A DNA stretch of 63,252 nt, counting the filler, from Stramenopiles sp. TOSAG23-2 (lineage: Eukaryota): NCBI GenBank assembly GCA_900128395.1. It is 13 parts of 13 records of this genome, joined end to end, with 100 filler letters (N's around TTAATTAATTAA, not from the genome) between each part and the next. Parts side by side here need not be neighbours in the genome. Positions count along the whole stretch, not along the records: positions 17,792 to 23,617 come from LT650584.1; positions 23,718 to 29,541 come from LT650585.1; positions 29,642 to 35,462 come from LT650586.1; 10 more parts are not named here. The stretch is one strand, 5' to 3'. This document shows, piece by piece, positions 22,567 to 33,400 of the stretch (positions within the stretch are counted from its first letter, which is position 1; each line of letters opens with the position of its first letter). Made by a program: the position numbers and the translations under genes. A model generated the notes under the pieces. It worked only from the letters and a program-made list of their open reading frames with translations. It ran no database searches and was not told where the DNA came from.

Positions 22567-23616
22567 TCAAAAATCCTTCTTCTTTACCCTGTTTATAGTT
22601 CGTCTTAGAACATGATAAGGTACAATTTCATTTGATTCCATTTCATTTATAATTTCCTCAACTTTATCGAAATCATCATTCTTTCCGTACAGAGTAATAA
22701 GTGTATTGTACATAACACCATTCGGTTCAATATTATTTGATTTCATTTCACTTAAACATTCATCAACTTTATTGAAATCGCCATGCTTTCCGTACAGATT
22801 AATAAGTGTGCTGTATGTAAAAATATTAGGTTTAATATTATTTGATTTCATTTCATTTACGTATTCATCAATTTTATCAAAATCGCCATTCTTTCCAAAT
22901 ACAGAAATTAATGTATTGTATATAACACCATTCGGTTCAATATTATTTGATTTCATTTCATTCAAATACTCCTCAACTTTATCAAGGTCATTTTTCTTTC
23001 CATACGCATTAATAAGTGTGCTGTATGTGATAATTTGAAGTGCAATATTATTTATTTTCATTTCATTTAAACATTCATCAACTTTATCAAAATCGCCATT
23101 CCTTCCAAATGCAGAAATTAATATATTGTATGTATAACCATCCGGTTCAATATTATTTGATTTCATTTCATTTACGAATTCATCAACTTTATCTAGGCCA
23201 CCATTCTTTCCACACGCATCAATTAAAGTGTTGTATGTAGTAAGAGTCAGTTTGAGATTATTTGATTTCATTTCTTTATAATATTTTTCAACTTTATTGA
23301 ACTTCTTCCTCTTCACACATGTGATAATAAGCATGTTATAGTGGAAAACTTTTGGCTTGATATTTTTTAATTTCATTTCCTTGAAACATTTTTCAATTTT
23401 TCTCACATTGCCTATCTTTGCGTATGCAATAATCAACGTACTGTATGTAATATTAGTTGGTTCAATATTATTTGATAACATTTCATCTATGTATTTCTTA
23501 ACTGTCTGCATGTCACCATTTTTTCCGTAGGTACTAATCAGTGTGGTATATGTAACAACATCAGGTTTAATATTATTTGATTTCATCTCATCGACATATT
23601 CATCAACTTTAATGTA
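22567..23616 (-). CDS. P-type pentatricopeptide repeat protein (at least 9 repeats), 5' end cut by contig edge
   Basis: Regular 35-aa repeats xxTYNTLIxxYGKNGDFDKVDExxNEMKSNNIEPx. Confidence 0.93.
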   Translation of the reverse strand, partial: YIKVDEYVDEMKSNNIKPDVVTYTTLISTYGKNGDMQTVKKYIDEMLSNNIEPTNITYSTLIIAYAKIGNVRKIEKCFKEMKLKNIKPKVFHYNMLIITCVKRKKFNKVEKYYKEMKSNNLKLTLTTYNTLIDACGKNGGLDKVDEFVNEMKSNNIEPDGYTYNILISAFGRNGDFDKVDECLNEMKINNIALQIITYSTLINAYGKKNDLDKVEEYLNEMKSNNIEPNGVIYNTLISVFGKNGDFDKIDEYVNEMKSNNIKPNIFTYSTLINLYGKHGDFNKVDECLSEMKSNNIEPNGVMYNTLITLYGKNDDFDKVEEIINEMESNEIVPYHVLRRTINRVKKKDF

Positions 23617-23717
23617 TNNNNNNNNNNNNNNNNNNNNNNNNNNNNNNNNNNNNNNNNNNNNTTAATTAATTAANNNNNNNNNNNNNNNNNNNNNNNNNNN
23701 NNNNNNNNNNNNNNNNN

Positions 23718-26700
23718 TATTTGGAAGTTTTTTACCATCAACATCTACAATAAAACATGTTTTATATTCAAATCTGCTTGTACCAGGTGACCGAGTAACA
23801 GATGAATCCCGGGATGGATACAATTTTCTCAACCAAGTACCAACACGCAAAGGTTCATCACCATCTTCAATTAATCCATTTGGTAACAATTTACCATATT
23901 GATATGTTTTAGAATCAACAAACCTTTTGCATATAAATCCAACGTAGCGTTCTGCTCCTAATTTATTGCATATTTCATGATATCCTATTCTAACTGTGCC
24001 AAAGGGTTTTGGAGTATCATCAATCGTTAATATTTTGCTCGAGGAAGATGAGCTAGAAGTATCGCTGCTGTTATTGTTCGTGGTGCCTTCTTCGCTTTCT
24101 TCTTCCTCTTCTTCGCTTTCCTCTTCTTCGCCTTCTTCTTCTCTTCGATCACTTTCTTCACCAGCTTTTAATTTTTTGCCTCCCGTAGAAGATGTGCTTG
24201 AGCTGTTGTTACTGTTCATTGCGCCTTCTTCTTCCCCTTCATCTTCGTCACTTTCTTCCTCTTCCTCCTCGTCGCTTTCTTCCGCTTCTTTACTTTCTTC
24301 ATTAGATGTGACTTTTTTACCTCTGCGGAATGCCCACAGATCCAATTTATTTGGAAGTTTTTTACCATCAACATCTACAATAAAACATGTTTTATATTCA
24401 AAAGTACCAGATGATTCCCGGGATCGCTGATACAATTTTCTCAACCAAGAACCAACACGCAAAGGTTCATCACCATCTTCAATTAATCCATTTGGTAACA
24501 ATTTACCATATTGATATGTTTTAGAATCAACAAACCTTTTGCATATAAATCCAACGTAGCGTTCTGCTCCTAATTTATTGCATATTTCATGATATCCGAT
24601 TCTAACTGTGCCAAAGGATTTACCGGGAGTATCATCAATCGTTAATATTTTGCTCGTGGAAGATGTGCTAGAAGTATCGCTGCTGTTATTGTTCGTGGTG
24701 CCTTCTTCGCTTTCTTCTTCATCTTCTTCTTCGCTTTCTTCTTCCTCTTCTTCGCTTTCCTCTTCTTCCTCTTCTTCTTCTCTTCGATCACTTTCTTCAC
24801 CAGCTCTTAACTTTTTGCCTCTCCTAAATGCATAAAAATCCAATTTATTTGGAAGTTTTCTACCATCAACGTCCACAATAAAACAATTTTTATAGTTGAA
24901 ACTACTGTGTGCTTTCCGAAAGCTTTTCATTAGCCAGACGCCAACAGAAAGGGGCTTGTCATCATTTTCAATTAACCCACTTTGTAAAAGTTTGCCATAT
25001 TTGAACACATTCGAAAAACGGCTTTGTCTGCACTCGAAACCTATAAAGTGTTTAGCTCCTAATTTACTACATATTTCATCATAACCAAATTTTGCGCGAC
25101 CAAGACTTGATAAGTGAACATCATCAACACTTAATATTTTATTTGTAGACGATGTGTTTAAAGTATTATTGCTGTTACTCTTTTTTGCCCCTTCCTGTCC
25201 CTCGTCTTCGCTTTCTTCCTCTTTGTCACTTTCTCCATTCGATGTTATTTTTTTACCTCTTCTAAATGCATATAGATCTAATTTATTTGGTAGCTTCTTA
25301 CCGTCAACATCTACGATGAAACACCGTTTATAGTAAGAACCTCCGCTAAAACTCGATGAACTCGGTGGATACTTTTTCCTCATCCAATTCGCCATAGTTA
25401 ATGGTTTTTCAACGTCTTCAACGAATCCATTTGGCAATAGTTTACCATATTGATATACTGTCGAATGTACATCGCTCTTGTACGTGAATCCAACATAGCG
25501 TTTTGCTCCTAATTTATTACATATTAAATCCATACCAAAAATTTGTGCACGCTTACTTAGGTCAAGCGATTCTATGGTTACTTCATCAATAGTTAACATT
25601 TTGCCGGTAGAAGATGTGCTTGAAGTATTATTGCTGTTGCTATTTGTTGTATCTTCCTGCTCATCTCCTTGCTCTTCGCCACTTTCCCCGTTTTCTTCAC
25701 TTTCTTCCTCTCCATCACTTTCTTCACCAACTGTTAACTCTTTACCTCTCCTGAATGCAAAAAACTCCAATTTGTTTGGTAGTTTTTTACCATCAACGTC
25801 TACAATATAACAACATCTATAGTTAAATCTCGTGGGAGGGCGGTTAGGAAACGTCTCTTTAAGCCAAGTACCAACAGGAATAGCCCCGTCATCACTTTCC
25901 ATTAATCCAATATGCAAAAGTTTACCATAATAATATGATTCAGAATCTAAAGATCTCTTCCCCATTAATCCAATATAACGTTTCGCTCCTAATTTATCAC
26001 ATACTTCATCATAACCTAATTTCACAGCACCAAGATCACCGACCGAAAAATCACGAACAGTTAACATTTTCTTTGTAGAAGTAGAAGAAGAACTTATTGG
26101 CGCATTACTGCCATTATTATTGTCATCAGTTGCTTCTCCTACTTCTCCTCCCTCCACTTCTTTCTCCTGTTCTTGCTCTTTTTCTCCCTCTTCCACTTCT
26201 TTCTCCTGTTCTTGCTCTTTTTCTCCCTCCTCCACTTCTTCAACATTTTTATTAAATGTTACGTCTACACCTTTTCTAAATGCATATAAATCTAATTTAT
26301 TTGCAAGTTTTTTACCATCGACATCTACAATAAAACATTTTTTATAGTCGAACTTTTTCATGGTATGCCCCCCTACAGGGTAATTTTCCTTAATCCATGT
26401 AGCAACAGCCAGTGGCGACCCATTTTTATTTTCAATCATACCATCAGGTAAAATTTTGCCATAAATTCCCGGTTGTCTTGAAAACACACCATAATGATAG
26501 TACTCAAAACCAACATAATTTTTTGCTTTTAATTTATCACATATTGCTTCCATACCAAGTTTATTAGGCAAATAACTAAATGCCTCAAGTCGCAAATCAT
26601 TTATATTTTGTATTTTTCTTTTGGGGCTAGGACTTGAAGTATTATTAATATTATTGATCTCCTCTTCTCCTTCTTCCTCCTCCTCGTCTTCGTCTTCTTG

Positions 26701-28334
26701 CATATATGTTTCATCATTTACGGGCGTTTTGGTTCTTTTAAATCTCAACACAAACGGTCGTTTTCTTAAATTCATATGAACAACTTCATCATAGGAAAGC
26801 CTTTTAAATTTACCGTTTGAGCCAACAACTCCCATAAGGTAATCACCAAGTCCAACAGTACCCTCTTCATCAATAAATGAACCAGGTTTAATAGCGGTAA
26901 CTTCCATTCCTTCAAAACTGTCACCATCAAAAATAGACATCCCAAGTTTGAATTTTTGTCCACCACCACTAGGCACTACAACATCGTAACCTTGATCATC
27001 GTCCACAAAATTTTCTGTACGTTTACGCATTGACAAAACAATTGGCCGCTTCTTGGTTCTTAGCAACTTTTTACACACCTCAAGTTTTTTATCTATAAAA
27101 GAAACAACTTTGTTATTATATGTCAAATGTATTTCCAATTCTAAAATCATATCGCCTATTTTTAAATGACCATTTATATCTGCAAACCCATTTGGTATTA
27201 TTTCATGGATTCTAATATACGATTTATTATTTTTAATTATACGTTCAATTTCTATACCAAGGCCACCAACACCAACATCACACACATCAGTTGAATTTAC
27301 TGTTACAAAATAAAATTCGTTATAGGTTAGTTCATCTACTTCATTTTCAATAAATTTTCGTTGAGAAGATGAAAAGCGCGTATTGAATTGATCTTCAAGA
27401 AATTTCAATACAGGAACAGTATTTCTATCATCCGCACCATCGTGTTTGTCTAGATATGACACAATCGCTTTTTGCAAAATATCATCAGTAATAGCATCAT
27501 CTTTATCATCATCCTCGTTATCATCGTCGACAACTAATGTTTCATCTGGAGTTTCTTGGCTTATATTTTCTTCTACTTCTGTTTGATCGTTTGTATTAGC
27601 ATCGCGATGATTCGTTTGATTATTATTAATATTGCTACTGCTGCTGCTATTAATAGTTGTAGTGGTGGTGGTGGTGGTTGTAGTTGTTGTTGCTGTCGAA
27701 ATTGCATTATTACCACCGCTCCCATCAATATTATCATCATTGTTATCATTGCTAAATACATTTTCTACTTCTGCGAGGTGTTCTTTCCCTAATGTATTAT
27801 TGTTGTTGTTGTTGTTGTTGTTGTTGTTATCATCATCCGTGGTAGGAATTGTTGCAGGATCATTTATTGCATTATTTATATTGTTGACATCATTTGTTGA
27901 TTCTATAGATATATTTGATTGATTATCAATATTTTTATCTTTGTCGGAATTAGAAATATGGTTTCCATCTGCTTGATGATTCTCGTTATTATCATCATCA
28001 TTCTCCTCCTCGTCTTCCTCGTCGTCATCTTCAAATATTTGTGATTGTTGTGTAGCTGCAAACATCACACGTTTTCGGACAGGATTTTCTCCTCTTTCGA
28101 TCAAATTTGTTTGTCTATTTCTTCCAGTAGATTTTTTTCTTTTAGAATTTGAAGAAAGAATACGATATGAATTTTCATTATCACTAATTTGATCTTGTTC
28201 TTCATCTGTCATTGTATTTTCTAATGGCGTAGTAGCATTAATTTCTGGAATTGCATTACCATCATCAATGACATCACTAAAATCACCATCATCCTCTTCC
28301 TCGTCTTCATCTTCAAATTGTTGACTATTGCTAC

Positions 28335-28373
<39 letters not shown>

Positions 28374-29283
28374 CGATTATCGGATCATCATTGCTACTAT
28401 TACTAATACTACTACTATTGACTGTAGTATTTATATTATTACCACTACTTTGTGTATCAATATCATTGTAATCTATGACGTTGTTTAAATTGTTATTATT
28501 GTTACTTGTTGTGCCTCCATTTTTATTATTATCATTATTATCATCATCGATAATTTCAATATGATATGACGTAGAATCAGCTTGTTGAAGCAAATAAATA
28601 TTTCTTATGTAATAATACATACCAGTATCAAGTAAAGTTTTGATTAATTGAATATGTCGCAAAGGTTGTGGATTACCAAATAAAGTATTACCCATTTCGT
28701 TATAAATAACAGCACTATCGATTTGAATATAAAAAGGAGAATCATATACATTTATTAATATATGTGGTGCTGCATTGTTATACGTAGCTTCAATATATTT
28801 TATTTGAGGCTCGGTCCACATTAATAATTTGTATGCACAAAGTTGCAATGTTTTATTGTTTAGTCGTTGTTTGAATTTTGCGAAGAAATCATTTTCCCTT
28901 GTATTATTATTATTATTATCATTTGCATCTACTCCAAATAATTCTTTACGACATTTTGACGTAATACAAAAACATATTTTAAAATGTGTATCATTTAAAT
29001 GTCCAAAACAAAGATCTTGAGCAATGAAAAAATTTGGACATATTTGTGCTTGAAATTTATTTGTTTGCAATGTATACGGTGGATTTGGAATTGTTTGACG
29101 CGAAGTCGATGACGATGACGAGGAAGAGGAATCGTTGCTGTTGTTGTTGTTGTTGGTATTATTAAGATTATTTTGTTCTTGTCCTGTATTACCTTGGTTT
29201 AAATGTGCAAAAGGTAATAATGCATGTTCTACTAATGCTTTTATTTTACTATTTTTTTTTGTTTTTGGGAATATACCCGACAT
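23718..29283 (-). CDS. Large multidomain protein: DEK-C-like helix bundle, two PDZ domains, at least 6 tandem copies of an unnamed ~110-aa domain with acidic linkers; 3' end cut by contig edge
   Basis: Uninterrupted ORF of over 1850 codons. DEK-C-like ITDDILQKAIVSYL...LEDQFNTRFSSSQRKFIENEVDEL. PDZ motifs GGLGIEI...IHEIIPNGFADINGHLKIGDMIL and KLGMSI...VTAIKPGSFIDEEGTVGLGDYL. Repeat core YGKLLPNGLIE...W...YKxCFIVDVDGKKLPNKLDxYAFRRG. Confidence 0.88.
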
Positions 29284-29641
29284 GTTTAAATTGAATAATA
29301 TTTCCTCTTTTTATTCTTTTCTTTTCAGTTGGTTTGTTTGAATAATGAAACTGTTTGGATGTATAAGTTAAAGAAAATAATGTTTCTTTTCTGTTTTCAT
29401 TTATTTTTTTAATAATCGATAATCGATCGATAATATTTTAATTAATTATTTAATTATTATTAGTCGTCATTAAAGCCCGTTCATAACCATAGTCCTGTGT
29501 GTTAAATGTGTGTTAAATTTAGTGCATCCTACGCAAAACTTNNNNNNNNNNNNNNNNNNNNNNNNNNNNNNNNNNNNNNNNNNNNTTAATTAATTAANNN
29601 NNNNNNNNNNNNNNNNNNNNNNNNNNNNNNNNNNNNNNNNN

Positions 29642-29807
29642 GATGATTGATAAAGTGGGTATAACCAATGAAAAGTCCAGCAAGAAACAAGCATGCAACA
29701 CATAAAATTAATAATAATAATCGTTTCGTTTCAGTTGTTTTTAGAGTTGCATTTCGTTTCCCGTTCCTATTTTTCGGTATTTTCACACGTTTTGAATCTG
29801 AACCCAT
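29642..29807 (-). CDS. 5' fragment of a probable type II membrane protein, cut by contig edge
   Basis: ATG at 29807, basic N-tail MGSDSKRVKIPKNRNGKR, then signal-anchor-like LLLLILCVACLFLAGLFIGY. Confidence 0.5.
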
Positions 29808-30487
29808 AATTATTATTATTATTATTTCTCTTGTTGCTTTTTTCCCATAAACAATATCTTCCAAGAATGAGAAAGATAGACGAAAAAGAAACAAAAGAAA
29901 TACAAAAAAAGAAATACAAAAGAAATATGTAGAAAAAACAATTTGTTGTAAGTATAATTTCTTATAAATTCCTGTGATGGGATCTCTCCACATTATTCAT
30001 TATTTAATAAAAATTGTTTTCTATTTTTTTTTCTCATTCATTTTTATATGTTAATGTTGTATTTTTATTATTATTGAAATTATTAGCCCCAGCCCGGCCG
30101 GCTGATGGGCTCGCCTGATGCTGGCCTGGTAATTTGGTAATTTCAGTAATTAAGGAATAATATAATTAATGTAAAACAAATTGTGGTGGCTATGAAGAGG
30201 AGACAACGCTCTGGAGAGATACAATACTTAATGTTATTTGTTCCGTTTAGTATTCTAACAAGTATGGAGAGGACTAGTAGGTACGTATTTTATTTTACTA
30301 CTAGAAATTATACATGGCACCATGAATGTGGGAAATGCAATAATAAATAAATATATATACTGTTTTTGCAAAGCACCAAAAGTGAAATAAATAATACCAA
30401 CAAAGAAGTTTAGTTGTTGGTCTATGGCAATAGGAAAGAGGTACACGTATTTGAACAGTAGCTTTTAATACATAAAGGACCAACATC

Positions 30488-33400
30488 ATGACAAAGTCTG
30501 TAAATATATTGGTCCCATTTATTATTAGTATTATATTAATTGGCGTACATGGGCAAGAATGTTGTTCTGCTAGTGACTTTTGTTGTACAACACCAACTGG
30601 CAGTGGTGACGGGATATTCCATACACCGGCAGGGTTACATATGCGTGCATGGTGTTTTGTAAGCGGAGCTTCATCTGCAAATGATTGTCCAACTGGTTTT
30701 ACTTATCAACCTGAACATACTCAATGTATTAAGGACGCTTTCCAACCCAATACAGTTGACACTGTAAGATCTTGCACAGTATCTAAAAACTGTCCAACTC
30801 CTGAAATTGTGTGCGGTTCCCCAACATTGAAAAGTGGGTTACATTTAAGAGTTGGCTGCTATTTACAGGGGTCGAATGTCCAGTCGTGCCCAGTGGGATG
30901 GGGAAGCGATAATCACAATAATAATAAACAATGCCACAAAAACGTACAAGCTGGAACTCTAGGTAATTCGGTTGGAGTCTCGTGTAAAAGTGATGCTCGC
31001 AATATACCAGGATATTTTCTAGGAGAACATGCTTCAAATTTTAATGCTGCAAAAAGTTATTGCGAGGAACGAGGGACAACACTTGCACTAATCAAAAACG
31101 AAGAAAGTCAGCAAAAAGCTGCTGCAAAATGTGGAAAACATACATGTTGGATTGGATTAGTTGAGCATGGTGGTCAAGATGGAACATGGAAGTGGTTAGA
31201 TGGTGAGACTCTTTCATATTCTAATTGGAATGAAGGAGAACCAAATAATTTTCAGGGCAACGATGAAAAAAATGCTATCATGAATTGTTGCGATGAAGAT
31301 GTTGAATCACCAAATGGTAAATGGTATGATGCGCCTGAAGGATTTGAATCACCTCGTCCTCTGTGTGAAGAAAATGTAACAACATACCAAAATCCATGTG
31401 TTAACGGTGTTCAAAATGCAACACAAACGTATAATGGTAAAACATTTACAGTGAAATGTGATTATTTAGATGATGCAGGTCAAGCGGAAGGTATTGCAAC
31501 AGTTGGTTGCGATACATTATTAGGTAAAAGCCCTACTAATATTAATGAAGGGTGTCTCGAAACGTTTAAAACCACTGATCATAATACTTGTAAAGATTTT
31601 GGAATGGATATAGTAATTTCAAGGAGTAAAAAACATTGGGAAAAACTATTTGCTGAATATGATAACACCGATTCATATTTTAAAACAGTTCCCGGTATTT
31701 ATAAACCAACTGATGGTGGTTCTTTTGTCAATATAGCCATGAATAGTGATCAAATGACTGCAGGTGGATATCGATCGTTAGATGGAGGTCGTTGGTGGTT
31801 ACGTGATACACCATATGGGGAACCAAATGGTGATTACCGAGCAAATTGCTGGTTGACATTTTGGCAAGATGATCATAAATGGAACGTTGATGCATTAAAG
31901 TTTAATGATGGTACTTGTTCATATTCAACGAAAAAATATGTTTGTTCCTATAATAATGGTTCAAGCTTAGAGTCGTCACAACAACATGCCCCTGGATCAT
32001 GTAGTTATACTGCAGTGTACAACAAAGGGTGCAATGATTACATTCATATGGATGATCAGAATACATATGGAATTCAAGGTGGACAAACCACATTAGAGCA
32101 ATGTGCTGCTGCAATTAAAAAATTTAACGGAAAGAATGGTTGTAAAGGTAGTAAATATTTTTTCTATGAAAATGGTAAATATTGCAATTGCCCAAAAGAT
32201 GATTGTACAACTAGTCCAAACAATAATGCTGGCGGCCCAGGTCAACTATATGAATTTACTGATAGTAGCCAAACAAATTGTGGAGATATTCCAGAAACAG
32301 AACAGCATAATGTAAATAGAGATGGATTCAATCCAATGGAAAATGGATTTTGTATAAAAGAAGATGGCGGTGATCAAAATGCAGGAGTAATTAAATTAAA
32401 CTCATTAGATATTAATACAGCAGAACGGCGTGAAAACTGTTTAGATTTATGCGAGGCTACATCTGGTTACACTGGTTGTGAAGGTATTTGGAATCAAGCC
32501 AATCGTGGCTGCTATGTTCACACTGATGCAGTTTCTCGTGGAAATAATGCTGGTAACCACGTTTGCTGGATAAGAAAAAATTCAAATGTAATTAATCATG
32601 AAACGGTAGATCCTAATCTACATTTAATATATTCTAATGATTTTTTACATGGAAACGATGGTTGGAAATGCGAAGATCCAATATTATCTTGCGGTACATG
32701 GGGTAAAGTTTGTCGTGCAGGTGGTAATGGAGCAACAATAGAACGTACATTCAATGTGCAACCTGGAAAATTTTCCATTACATTGGATCTCTTGTCAATT
32801 GATTCGTACGATAATGAATACAACTCTGTATATATAAATGGTTATAAATGCTTTTCTAAAATGTATCAAGTCTCAACTGGCGAAAAAGTTTGTGGCGTTG
32901 AACATTGGAATGATAGAAAAGATCATATTGTTTGTAATTATGAACTTGCTGGTGGCACAAAATTAAATATTAAAATTACATCTACGATTGATCAAAATGT
33001 TGAAGATGAATCAGTTGGATTTACAAATTTAAAGATATTTGGAGAAGAAAATGCACAAGTTGTGCCAAAAACATCTCGATCCACAAAAACTGATGCAGAA
33101 TTTTGTCATGATGAATGCTTAGCAAAATCCTTTTGCTGTAATGATCACACCATCGGTTCAAATCAAAAGTTATCCTGTTCCCAAGCATGTATGATCCGAC
33201 TAAGAGGGACAAGTGAAGACGTTTGCAAAAGCTATTGCAACGATGGACAAAATGGCTGTTCCTTGGGGATTAATGGAAATGATTATCGCTTATGCCAAAA
33301 ATGTAACGATTTAACAGATCAATGCCCACATGGGGTTCAAAATAAAGAACCATGTATGGCGGGATGTGGAATGAGCAAGGAAATGTATGATGAATATGAC

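Noticed and set aside
30085-30130. Short GC-rich near-palindromic patch (CAGCCCGGCCGGCTG) in a divergent intergenic region; similar patch at 3775-3800
   Set aside because: Too short and not repeated elsewhere in the window. It cannot be supported as an ncRNA or regulatory element from sequence alone.
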